A stretch of 64,000 nucleotides of DNA, from the IMG/VR virus record IMGVR_UViG_3300040786_000062; one strand, 5' to 3'. The notes beneath the pieces are model-generated. The model did no database searches. It was not told the origin of the DNA and saw nothing but the letters and a program-made list of their open reading frames with translations. The translations under genes were made by a program, and so were the position numbers. This DNA comes from a virus. Positions 1 through 11,399 of the stretch are shown one piece after another (within the stretch, counting starts at the first letter, position 1; every line of letters starts with the position of its first letter).

Positions 1-239
1 ACATCAGTTCCGAAGCGTTTTGTTTGTGTTTGTAACTGAACCATCATTTCAGTTCCTGTTACCCCATCGACATAACCTGGGAAGTTTTCTACTTCATTAG
101 TTGTTGTTAATTGACCACCCGGTTGAATTCTGATATAAAACTGAGACATATGTTTGCTTGGCAGCATAAATTGCGGCAGTGTAACCTGCTGGACCAGAGC
201 CTATAATAAGACATTTAATTTTTCGATTGTTTCTGACAT
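1..239 (-). CDS. trxB: Thioredoxin-disulfide reductase, N-terminal part (runs off the window start)
   Basis: Manual translation with one homopolymer indel gives [27 protein letters not shown]...[16 protein letters not shown]...EMM, the FAD-binding GxGPAG and ENFPG signature of TrxB. Confidence 0.9.
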
Positions 240-282
240 AAGATTGTATTATAATTTTAGAATAAAAAAAGATGATATAGGT

Positions 283-1045
283 TTAATCATCACTAAAGTT
301 TTGTTCGAAGCTAAGCATCAAATTTGAGTTGTTATCTTTTATCAACATAAAGTTATCAAATATATTAAATACAATGTCTCTCTTATCATCTATACAACTT
401 AGAAATCTTTTATTTAGAATAAGACTTGCATTTCTTGTATCATCCTCTAGCCTATCGATTTCAAGTTCCCAAGAAGATGTTTCTGATAGAACAACAACAC
501 CATTAACAACATTCATATTTATTATCTTTTCATTTATATTGGATAATTTTTAATATCAAGGTAATCACTTGTTTCTATTTTAAATGACCATTTCATATTC
601 CTAGGTCTAATCTTTCTGATAGTGCTTCTTACTAATATCTCTAACTTCGTACCTTCACCACTTAACCAATTAACTTTAAATTTACCAGATGATATGTGTA
701 AAGATCTAGCAATATATAAATCACTATCATCAGGTGAAGGTTTGTATGATATGTCAAAATTTATTTTATCCATATCTTTTATAAATGCCATGTTTTTAAC
801 AAACTTTTAGCATTTGGTAGAATTATATCAATCTTGTAATCAATCTCGAAGTCAAAAAAAGTCTTTGTCGGTAGTAAAAGTTTTATATGCAAGTAAAACG
901 TTACCACCTAACATAGAGTACATTAATATATCATCATTATCAATTTTTAATTTAATCGTATCATCAATTGATGCGATTTCTTCTAATTTCGATATAAAAT
1001 ACTGAATTGTTCAGGTTTTACTTTAAGTTTTAGTTTATTTGCCAT
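283..1045 (-). CDS. Putative DNA sliding clamp (gp45/PCNA-like), frameshifted
   Basis: Three fragments join into about 250 aa: MANKLKLKVKPEQFQYFISKLEEIASIDDTIKLKIDNDDILMYSM...LMLSFEQNFSDD. Length and alternating helix/strand pattern fit a two-domain clamp, and a clamp loader is present in the window. No strong signature motif. Confidence 0.45.
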
Positions 1046-1113
1046 AGTTAGTTATAATTATTATTTATATGTAAATAATATAATTTAGTTTAATTGATTT
1101 TTATATATACTTC

Positions 1114-1518
1114 ATGATATATTTAGAAACACTTTCGGTATTTACATCAAAGAGTAAGAAAAGCGATTTGGAAAAGATATGTAAGGAAAATTTAGCATAT
1201 TTAATTGATGAAGGATATGAAATATCAGTAAACGAAATACAGACTGGTATTCATCCATTTAAAAGTGTTCATTACTCTATTGCAATAAATAATAAAGATT
1301 ATAATAAGGTACTTTTTAAATGGGATGATATTAAGTATGATTTTATGGCATTTTTCGAAATATTAACTAATAATTATAAAATTTATAAAAAATATATAAG
1401 ATTTTTTTATAAATCTGATGATAACTTCTTCTTCCCTGAGATGCATAAAGATTATAATAAGGAGCAGATATTGACTGATAATATCGATTCAAATAATGAA
1501 CTTTTAAAATTGAAATAA
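1114..1518 (+). CDS. Hypothetical protein, NLAYLIDxG paralog family
   Basis: Intact ORF. ICKENLAYLIDEGYEI matches FCDNNLAYLIDTGFDF in the gene at about 44420-44838. Confidence 0.6.
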   Translation: MIYLETLSVFTSKSKKSDLEKICKENLAYLIDEGYEISVNEIQTGIHPFKSVHYSIAINNKDYNKVLFKWDDIKYDFMAFFEILTNNYKIYKKYIRFFYKSDDNFFFPEMHKDYNKEQILTDNIDSNNELLKLK

Positions 1519-1531
1519 AAATAAAATAGAT

Positions 1532-1901
1532 ATGAGATACTTAAAAAATTTAATGAGAATGTAGAAGATACTAATGTATATGATTTTCCATCAAGAGGTA
1601 TTAAAATTAAGACTACTAAAGCAATAATGTCTTTATGATTAAGAATATCAATGATGTGTCAGAACATGGAAATATAGGTTTATTTTCTATTGCATCATAT
1701 GATTCACAATTTACACTGAAACATTATTATAACTTACCATTATTACCTTTTGATTTACCTTTAGATGAACATGGAAAATGGGTGAGTCAAAAGTGGGAAG
1801 AATTTTGTGAATTAAATAAAATAAAAACTAATAAAAAACAACCAAAATGGACTATGTATACTTCTGTTCAGAAAGCAACAGTCTTTCCAAAGAAGTTGTG
1901 A
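1532..1901 (+). CDS. Hypothetical protein with capsid-targeting-like N-terminus (MRYLKKFNEN)
   Basis: ATG at 1532, one A missing in a run, joins ORF 1635..1901. Confidence 0.6.
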
Positions 1902-1998
1902 GTTAAAGATTTTGCATTGGTTAAAAAAAAAATGAAGAATAAAAAATATAAAGTTCGATTTGATACTGATATTCTAAAATAAAAATAAAGTAAGTAAA

Positions 1999-2330
1999 AT
2001 GATTAAAAAATGGGCAGAATTTATTAAAGAAGATTTAGACTTAGATAACAAAAGTTATTTAGATTCTAGAATGCAAGAAATTAAAGATATGCTAGTAGGT
2101 ATAGCAGATGGACAGACGCTGATATAAGAGTGGGAAAATAAGAACGATCATGAGTTGTCAATTAGTTTCACTACTGATTCTCTTTCTATAGTATGAATTT
2201 GATATAGATGATTTAACAGTGTCTAAAATAGTTGGAGATACCGTTGACTTTACCAGTGATGTTGATTCAGTAGATAAAGGAATAGAGGTAATAAAGAATG
2301 ATATACACTCTATATTAGGAATAGAAGAAA
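1999..2330 (+). CDS. Hypothetical protein with capsid-targeting-like N-terminus (MIKKWAEFIKE)
   Basis: Direct translation from the ATG at 1999; continues into ORF 2219..2407 through indels. Confidence 0.6.
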
Positions 2331-2676
2331 ATAATATTTTGAATCTAAATATGAAGAACTCGTTTCAATTACTATTGAAGGTGGTTATATTAAGAATAAG
2401 TTTATAAACTTAGAGGTAAACAGGAAACTAATGAAAGTTTTGGATAGTAGATTTGGTTTAAATTTTGGTGAAATTTCCGAAAAAAAATAAGATAGATATA
2501 TCAAAAGTTTCTGAAATATCAAACTTCTTAACTTCAATAGGATTGAGAAAAAAATGAAACTAATATAGGTGATAGAAATAAATTAACATTTAATGGTATA
2601 TTAAGTCTTAAAGAGATAAAGAAACTTAAATAATTGAAAGTTTAATTAATTCCTTTTATTTTATTAATTATTATTA

Positions 2677-2684
2677 TATATTTG
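2677..2684 (+). promoter_or_regulatory. Bacteroidota-type -7 promoter box TATATTTG
   Basis: Matches TAnnTTTG; an ATG follows at 2701. Confidence 0.55.
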
Positions 2685-3563
2685 TATAAATTGTGTAAAT
2701 ATGAAATATAGTGTTGAATTTGATAAAAATATAGATAAGAATGAAAATACTGGATTAGTATATGAATTAGCATTATTTTTTAAAAATTTTTAAAAATAAT
2801 GAAATTTAAAAAGTACTGAGTTTATTAGTGTAATATCAAAAGAAGTGATTATAATAAAATTGTTACACTCTGTAATAAAAATCTCAGGTGATGTATTAAT
2901 GGGTATATTGCTAAATTATGATATAACACATATATATAAAGTAGAATTAACCACACAGAATGATAACGTGGGTCCTAGTGATATAGTTATTAATGATATT
3001 TTCGGTTTATCAATTAAATATAACACAAAATGTAATTTTAATCCAACTGGAAGGAATTTTCTTAAAGAAAGTGACATAATTGAGTATAAAGAATCACTTC
3101 CAAAATTTTCTTAGATTATAATAAAGAGAAAATCCACTTAGGTCTAGAAAAACAAAATCAGAATCTTTAAATATTATTATCAATAAATTAAAAGAAAAGG
3201 TTGTTAATAACTGGAATGATAATATTTAACAGAAAGTGAAAAAAATAGACATAGCCGCTAAGTTATATCACATGAATTCACCTATCAACTATATCATCAT
3301 TAGAATAAATAATAAGGGTGTTCTATTTGTTGATGAGACAACTTTTAACTTTGATATTAAAAATATAAAACTATCAAACTTGAATAACTCACATTATATT
3401 TTATTCTATTGTAATGAAAAAATGATAGGTAAAATGCAGGTAAAATTTAATAATGGTGTACTTGAAGGTATAAAGGTAAAGGAACACCAGACTTTATAAT
3501 TGATGGTATAGAAGTAAAGAGGGTAATGTTATAACGTCCTGGAATTTTAGTATATCATAAAAT

Positions 3564-3598
3564 AATAATGAAACCCACTAATTGTGGGTTTCATTATT
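3564..3598. terminator. Bidirectional intrinsic terminator
   Basis: Perfect 15-bp stem aataatgaaacccac-taatt-gtgggtttcattatt between convergent genes. Confidence 0.8.
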
Positions 3599-4527
3599 TA
3601 ATATATTAAGTATAGAGAAATAACCTCTACCAAACTCAATACTTAGTTCATTTATGCGTTGTTTTTTTAGTACCTTTATTAAAATTGAATTTTGTTACTA
3701 TTTCTAACCTCTCTTTATTAGTAATGGCTTTGCCTTGATTAGGGAAATGATCGTCTTTCTTAGGTTCTAAGTAGTCTATACCAAAATCTATTTCACTCAT
3801 TTTACTAAAATAGTATTCGTATGAATTTTGTTCAATTCAAACCACAAGTATTTCGACCTAATCTTAATGCACAGTCAGCGGTTGTAAAACTGCCCATAAA
3901 AAATCACATACCATATCATTTTTATCAGATGAATAGTTAATAATTTTCTCAACCAACTTACTAGGTAATTTATTCATATTTTTCATACCAGAACTCTGAT
4001 ATTCTTTATTTATTATCCATACATCTTCCATATCGGCATATTGTAAAGATCTACCAGAGATATCCTTATCTACTTGACTAAAGTATGCATTTTTATTAAA
4101 CTTAACCTTGGTCTTCTTATTCTTTGATATATAAAATATATGATAATGTGCGGACACAAACTTACTCTTAGTTGCTACACCGAAATTATACTTCCATACT
4201 ATATGATTTATAGTATATAGGTCAAGTTTGTCAAGTGCTTTATAAATTGATGATAGGTTGCTCCAACCAGATACTATATACATGCTACCATCATCTTTCA
4301 TTATTCGTTTAGCCTCTTGTATCCAATTAAAGGTAAATGTATCATAATCAGATGGTGCTTCAACATAGCCTTCTATAATAGAACCTTCTTTACGATTATA
4401 GTGTTTACCAAATCCAGTTTCATCAATTCCAAAGGTGGATCACAAATAATAAGATCAACACTTTTATCTTCTATATTTTTGCGCCAGTTATACAGTCTTC
4501 GTTATAAATATTTATTTTCATTTTCAT
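3595..4527 (-). CDS. DNA methyltransferase, N6/N4 beta class (frameshifted)
   Basis: MKINIYNEDCITG...SVDLIICDPPF (motif IV) near the N-terminus and ...MVCDFFMGSFTT (motif I) near the C-terminus. Confidence 0.88.
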
Positions 4528-4685
4528 TTTATTTTTTTATCAAGATTTCACAAATTTAAACAAGGATATCTTCGAATTAAATTAGTTTTCCTTATTATCT
4601 TATAATATAATTCATGAATGTTTAGTATTAATATCATTTAAATTAAATATACACTACTTCATTTGACATTTTGGTGTAATTTTTT

Positions 4686-4716
4686 ATAAACTTTTAAATA
4701 TTAATATGTATATTTG
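4686..4716 (+). promoter_or_regulatory. Promoter with AAACTTTT box and TATATTTG -7 box upstream of the M42 peptidase
   Basis: ataaacttttaaatattaatatgTATATTTG; ATG at 4740. Confidence 0.55.
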
Positions 4717-4739
4717 TAGTAACTATAAATAAAAATTAA

Positions 4740-5796
4740 ATGAAAATAGACAAAAAAATTTCTAAAGAAATACCTAAACAGTACATCACCTACTGGATTT
4801 GAATATGAATTAGGTGGTCAAAAAGTGTGGATGGATCATATCTCGCAATATGTAGATAGCGTAGAACTTGATAATTATGGAACATCTTATGCTATAATGG
4901 GTAATTCAAAATCGGAATTTAAAGTAGTAATCGAAGCACATTGTGATGAAATTTCATGGTTAGTTAATTATATCGATTCGAAAGGATATATTAAAGTTAT
5001 CGAAACGGTGGTTCTGATACAAGTATTGCGCCATCTATGAGTTAATCTTTGGGGTGATAAGGTCCTGTAAGTGGTATCTTTGGACATCCAGCAATTCATA
5101 TTTCGTATAGAAAGAAAGATGCTGACTTAGATTCTATTTTTTATTGATGTGGGTGCATCAAGTAAAAAGAAGTTGAAGGTATGGGTATCAATGTAGGAAC
5201 AGTTGTTACTTTTAAAGACGAACTAATGGAATTGGGTAAAACTATTACTCAGGAAGAGCATTGGATAATAGAATTGGTGGATTCATGATTGCAGAAGTTG
5301 CGAGAATGTTGAAAGAAAGGGTAAAGTTGCCTTACAAACTTTACATCGTAAACTCAGTTCAAGAAGAAATCGGATTAAGAGGTGCTCAAATGGTTGCTCA
5401 AAATATCAAACCAAATGTTGCTATTGTTACTGATGTTTGTCACGAAACATCCTCTCCTTATTATACTCAAGTAAAGAAGGAGAACATATCAGGAGCAGGT
5501 GGTGTTGTTACAAGAGCACCTGCTGTTCATAATAAACTACGTAAGTTAATATTAGATGCGGCTAAAGATAAGAAAATTCCAGTTCAGTTAAATGCATCAT
5601 CTACCTCAACAGGTACCGATACAGATGCATTTGCTTATTCTAATGGTGGTGTACCATCTGCACTTATATCTCTACCATTGAAATATATGCACTACTGTAG
5701 AAACTTGTCACAAGATGATATTAAAGTGTGATAAAGTTAATCTATGAGAGTCTTCTAAAAATAGAAGAAAATCATAATTTTAAATATGACTCATAA
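4740..5796 (+). CDS. M42 family (TET-like) aminopeptidase, frameshifted
   Basis: SPTGFE, EAHCDEI, GRALDNRIG, VQEEIGLRGA, DVCH, GTDTDAF and LKYMH metal-binding motifs appear in the expected order. Confidence 0.92.
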
Positions 5797-5800
5797 TGAG

Positions 5801-5827
5801 AAAAATCCACTTGAAAAGTGGATTTTT
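5801..5827. terminator. Bidirectional intrinsic terminator
   Basis: aaaaatccactt-gaa-aagtggattttt between convergent genes. Confidence 0.8.
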
Positions 5828-5844
5828 TAATTAATAGAAGAAGT

Positions 5845-6507
5845 AAAAATTTTATGATATTTTGCTTACCATTTGTTCTAAATACTGATATATATATTTA
5901 TGATATCGCTTCAGTGTATCACGGTTGATTGAATTTCTTATATCCACGTATAATGGCACTTTGTGTAAAATTTAATTAATTTGGTGGAGATAACTGTTTA
6001 CTAGTTTTGTTATTATCGTATAATTCTTGTGCAATTGAATAACTAAATGCCATTACTTCATCCTTATTTGAATAGTATGACTGTTTGTCATTTGGATTTG
6101 GTAGTGTGTATTCGATAGTCCTTTTGAATCTTGTTTACTGTGAATGAACTCGTGACGTAATATATTACTTATCTCGTTGCTGATAGATATTAGGTGTTTG
6201 GTGTTTATTGTGTGACCTATATTGATGACTAATCAGGGCTTCTTATTTATAGGATTTAGTAGAGCAAAGACCATTTCTCCTTGGCTTGGTGCTTCTTTTC
6301 TTGCTTCGTCTGATGGTAATTCATTATAAAATGTTTTATAATCAACAATATCAAACCCATATTTATTTGCAATTTTATTTATATCTTCATAAGATATAAA
6401 TTTGGTATCAACATCTTTCACATCATTAATAAAGATGTCGTGTCAATTTCATCATGTGGTATTATTATAGCCTCATTGAATTTGGAAAACTTTAATATTC
6501 TTTTCAT
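5845..6507 (-). CDS. HExxH zinc-metallopeptidase-like protein with capsid-targeting-like N-terminus
   Basis: Starts MKRILKFSKFNE; contains ILRHEFIHSKQ followed by YYSNKDEVMAF (candidate third zinc ligand Glu). Confidence 0.65.
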
Positions 6508-6538
6508 ATTATATATATAAAATTACTTTTTATTAATT

Positions 6539-7023
6539 CTATCTTCCCAAGTAATTCATCAATTCTATCATATTTTTTCACTGCAAATGATAATCCTTCT
6601 AGATTTTTATTAGTAACTCTTAAAAATCAATATGACTTTCTATAATCTCAACACATCTATCTTTCTGCAAGATGTCCGTCAATAGTATACCTTTTCCCCA
6701 AGGTTTGTTTTAATTCCAAATCCGGTTGCATAGAAAACAAATTTATCTTGTCTTAATTTTTTATTTTAGATGTCTCTCGACTTCGCTTATTTAGAAAGAA
6801 ATTTATCTGTTCATTTAATATTTGACGATATGATAATGCAAGTGCTTGTGTGTCTAATATTTTACCAAATTATTAGGATTTGAAATATCTATCGATAGTG
6901 ATTTGAAAGAGGGTTCGTTATCATTCCACTCAGTTCTCTTCCCATTAAAGAATTCTTCTAATTTATCATTAGTTTCCTTAACTTTTTAATTCTATCTAAT
7001 TCTTCTTGGTTATATAAATTCAT
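6539..7023 (-). CDS. UvsY-like recombination mediator (tentative)
   Basis: About 160 aa, helical, ending IESHIDFLRVTNKNLESLSFAVKNMIELMNYLGR, similar to the UvsY C-terminal F-x-I-K-N-x-I-E...G pattern. Confidence 0.45.
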
Positions 7024-7070
7024 AAATAATATTTATTATATATATTATTAATGTGGATTAGTTTATAAAA

Positions 7071-7092
7071 AAACCCACTTTTAAGTGGGTTT
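7071..7092. terminator. Intrinsic terminator
   Basis: aaacccactt-tt-aagtgggttt. Confidence 0.75.
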
Positions 7093-7569
7093 ATAATATT
7101 TTTAATTTTATATTCTCTTAGTAAGTCTGTTTTGAAAGTGCTAGATTTATTAAAGTATTAACTCTAACCTCTAATTTATTTTTTAGATACTCATCAAGTA
7201 TATTTGCCCACTTTTCGGTAAATGTATCATCCTCAATAACAACTTCGTCCATGGTAACATTAAAATCAATGCACTTGTTTCTACAATCGACTACTATATT
7301 AATATTATTATATGAACTTGTAAAATTAACATGACCTCCATTTGTGGTTGTATACGTATTATTACCGGTGACAACATCTTGTTCAACACTCTCTAAATAT
7401 ATGTTTATAGAAAGTGTCTATGCCCATATTTCATTTTTTTTGTTACTTCTATTCTTTCGTCTTCTATATTCTCAAATAGAAATGTTAAAATTCATCAAGC
7501 TCTTTCATTCAATACAATAATTTTTAATCTATAATAAATTAAAGATTTATTATATATAAATATATAGCG

Positions 7570-8084
7570 TATTGTTTAATATATTTAGTGTAATAATCTA
7601 AATCATCCCTCTTTCCATTTGAGATATATCAGAACATTCCGCCTGCATCATCTAAATGGTTTAAAACTTTTATTCTAATCTCTTTATCGTTACCAACTTT
7701 ATCAAATATTGATAAAATCATCTTCATGTCTCACCATGTCATATACATCGCTACTAATGGCACCTTTATCATATAATTCATCTAAATAATCAATAGCAAT
7801 TGACTCATTGAAAGAATTCTCTGATAGACTCTCTGTATTAAGTCCTTTTAAGAATCATATACTTCTTCAACATCATCTTTGGCGGTTGAAATATGATCAG
7901 AGGCCCAGTCATGAGAATCTAGTATTGAATCAAGTTCAGACTCATCCATTTTAACATCAGATCTACTAATCTTTTAATAGTCTTCAAATTGGAAAGAACA
8001 TATAATTTTGTTCTTTTTGTTCTTTAATACTTACTAGTTTTTTGCTTCGTTAAGTTATAATCTTGGAATTTTTAAGTTTTTCAT
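7570..8084 (-). CDS. Acidic hypothetical protein with capsid-targeting-like N-terminus (MKNLKKFQDYNLNE after indel repair)
   Basis: Manual translation; TAATATATA element upstream. Confidence 0.55.
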
Positions 8085-8124
8085 AGTAATTCTATTTTTT
8101 TTTATATTATAGTTATATATTATA

Positions 8125-9013
8125 ATTTTTATCAAATAAATACAAATCGTAAACAGCATTTCCTTTAACATTTTAATACTTTTCAAAACATCACCGGTCA
8201 CACTATCTAATACTTTAAATACCTAAACTATTTTGTTTATCAGTAACAACACATACAGTATTTCCAGGTTGTCCCATTGCACCAAGAACCGCAATATATT
8301 TATTTCAATAACTTTTTTAAAAATGATATTCTAAGTCCTGCACTATCTTTACTATTATTGATATATGCGTTTTCAAATGGTTTCAATAAGTCTATTTCAC
8401 TACCTTCTGTTTCTTTAACTTGAATATTTGAGAATTTTCTTTCTTCTGTACCAAGTGTTATATCATCTCGGTTTTGTATTTTGTTTTGATTAATAAGTGC
8501 CTGTTGATTTCTTCTTATTTCGTTGAAATCTGCCTTAGTTATTATACCACCACGCATACCTTTATCATTCATATTATATCCAGAAGGTGGTAAACGATAA
8601 AAGAACCAGTAAATGTCATTGATAGTATTCTATCAGTTCTAAACATTCTCCATATTTTTTAATATGTCTTTTATTTGATACACTCCATCCATTTAAATGC
8701 CAACCTCTAAGTAAAACTTTTCCTTGACTAGATCTACCTAGAACCATTGGTTGAATAACTCTTTCTGACCAGCAAGTTATTATCTTCTGCACCCTTGTAG
8801 TTTATTAAAATATCATACCATATCGTATAGCCTTTGTCATTACGACATCAGAATATTAATAGGTTCGTTAATGGGATATTTCCAATATCTTTGACATTCT
8901 TTAATGAAAATCGAGGAATATACTCATAATCTTCGATTAAGTTATAGTGTTGTTCTTTAACTATAATTCGACAGGTTTCTTATTATAGAATCTCTAGTTT
9001 GGTTTAAATTCAT
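8125..9013 (-). CDS. Stand-alone WYL-like domain protein
   Basis: FLINYKG...ERVIQPMVLG...LLRGWHL...WRMFRTDRILSM matches the WYL Y...R.I.P..L...W.L.A...R.FRLDRI pattern; no N-terminal HTH is visible. Confidence 0.7.
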
Positions 9014-9367
9014 AAACTATATATTAAATACATAATTCTAAAATATTTAATATAAAAGAGAAACATAATGTTTCTCTTTTGGTATAAAGTATTAGTTATC
9101 TTTTTTGTTAGACTTCAATGCTAGTGAAAATCAAGTCCAAATAAAACAGTTATCAGTCCGGCGAAATATGGTATTAAGTCCGACATATTTATTGTTTTTT
9201 TTGTATTAGTTTTAAATAAATTCAAATGCTAGTATAGAAGGAACCCAAAGTCCTATAAAAATAGCATGTTCTTTACTTCCTTGAAAGTATAAAATTTCAG
9301 AGAAAATTAGTGATGGGATAGTGAGATAAACAACAGTTTGTCTGATAATGTAAATCTTTTTAACATA

Positions 9368-9556
9368 CTATTTAATTGGATCAGTTATATCTCCTTCTGG
9401 AAGTACTTCTGTTGTATCCAACATAGGTGCAGGTGGTGGTAGTAAAGTGTCTACTACAACTGTTAATGTATCAACATCACTTGTACTAACTGCTTCATTG
9501 TTGTTTTGCAAGATACTAAAAAGTGTTGCAACTGCGATAAATGCGATTTTTTTCAA
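9368..9556 (-). CDS. Small exported or lipoprotein-like protein
   Basis: MKKIAFIAVATLFSI signal-like start, then a Thr/Asp/Pro-rich tail (DTLTVVVDT..PPPAP..DTT). A lipobox Cys appears if one deletion is repaired. Confidence 0.5.
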   Translation of the reverse strand: MKKIAFIAVATLFSILQNNNEAVSTSDVDTLTVVVDTLLPPPAPMLDTTEVLPEGDITDPIK

Positions 9557-9666
9557 TTATTTTATTTTTTGTTTGTTTTTTATCTTATATAACAAGTTTA
9601 TATTTTGTTTAGTGAAAAAAGTAAATAAATATTTTAATATATACATTTAATAAAAATATATCAAAG

Positions 9667-10350
9667 ATGTCAATTAACAGTAAAGAAGATGCAAATAAAT
9701 ATTATCAGGTAGTAAATAACTTGGTAGATGATTATATTGATAAGTGGAAGATTAAACCATCTAATTTAAAAAAAATACTTAAAAAAAGGATCTGCTAAAA
9801 TGCAGAAGTTTGTTGAAAGAAATGGTTTGAGTGATATTAATGGTATTAATAGAATATTAGATGATGTAATCGAAGATAGAGTTCATATGGAAAAGATGGT
9901 ATATTAACATTTGAGAGTTTTAAAGTTTTGAATCTGATGATTATAAAGTATCATCTATATTACAATCTTTATATAAAGGCATAGATAAAGCAGATATTAA
10001 AATGGAGAAGCTACTAGCAGACCACTTTGATGCAAATCTAAGTGATATAGACATAGTAGATGCAGACAAGCACATATTCAGAGTAACTAACTGGGACGAG
10101 AATGCAGTATTAGTTATTATATAGCAAAGAAAGAGTATGGTATAATAAAAACTAATATAAAGATTTTTTACTAAACGAATTAGTTAAAAGAGATAGATTT
10201 AATGGGACTTACTATTAAACTTGAAAATATCATCAATAAAAGATAAGTTCGAAGAACTAGTTGATAGTTTAAATGATGATAAAATAAACGAATTAATAAC
10301 CACTTCTTTAAAAGCGATGGTAATTTCAAACTTACTAAAAGGATGACTAC
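9667..10350 (+). CDS. Hypothetical protein (frameshifted)
   Basis: MSINSKEDANKYYQVVNNLVDDYIDKWKIKPSNLKKYL... continues across indels. Confidence 0.55.
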
Positions 10351-10420
10351 TATTTATGGATGAAAATAAATAATTTATGAGATATACTTTTTAATATATA
10401 CATAAAAATATTTATTTAAT

Positions 10421-11385
10421 ATGGCTGATTATATTCCATCAGGAAATACATTTAGTACGGCATCAATAAACACACTAGATCCCTTATTACTTGGATTAGC
10501 AGATAATACAAATAATTTAATTGTTGCTAAAAAATATTAGAGATTCGGTATATAGTTTATGGGATAGAATTGATACTGTTTCAATAACTGCTGCATCTGC
10601 ATCAATAGGAAGTTATACAAATTTAACCCCAGTTCCTACAACAGTAGGTGGAGTTACTGCTGGAACTACATTTAATGGTCTATCGATGTCTGCGGTATTT
10701 GACCTTTGTTATATCCATATACATCACCAATATCCACACTAAGTGCTAATAATAACCCTAGGGAATATGGTAGCTCACCTAATGTTACTTTAAGTTGGTC
10801 TATTACTAAAAGTCAGAAGATATTTTTCAAACAACACAAGAGAGTATCCACAGGATTTGGTATACCAAATGGAGGAAGCGGTACATTTCTTAATAGATTA
10901 GGTACACATAGTAATACCCCACCTCTTAGTTATACTAATTCATTTACAATGAGTGTTTATGATACTAATAACGGTCCTTATATAACAACTGCAACACTTA
11001 CATGGATGAATAGAATATACTGGGGTGCAGTACCCTCTATAAGTGCTTTAATTCCTATGTCTGCTATTAATCTTAGTGCAGTTATTTTAGGATTGACGGG
11101 TAGTCTTTTTTGGAACTGGTAAAGAACTATCTACTACAAAGTCTAAGACATATACAAATATTAATGCACAAGGTAATTATCTAATATTTGCTTGGCCTAG
11201 TAATGTTCTTAGTCCACATGATCCTTATTTTACGGTAAATGGATTACAAAGCACGGCATTTTCTAATGTTAAAGGAAACACATTCAGTACATTCATTTTG
11301 ACTAATGCAAATGGATTTACTGCGAGTTATGTCGTTATGTAAGTAATACTGTTCAAATTCACCATTAAATATAGTTATAAATTAA
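10421..11385 (+). CDS. Virion structural or fibre-associated protein
   Basis: Thr/Ser/Gly-rich beta-type sequence; TAATATATA upstream; first gene of the fibre cluster. Confidence 0.55.
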
Positions 11386-11399
11386 AATAAAATATAAAG

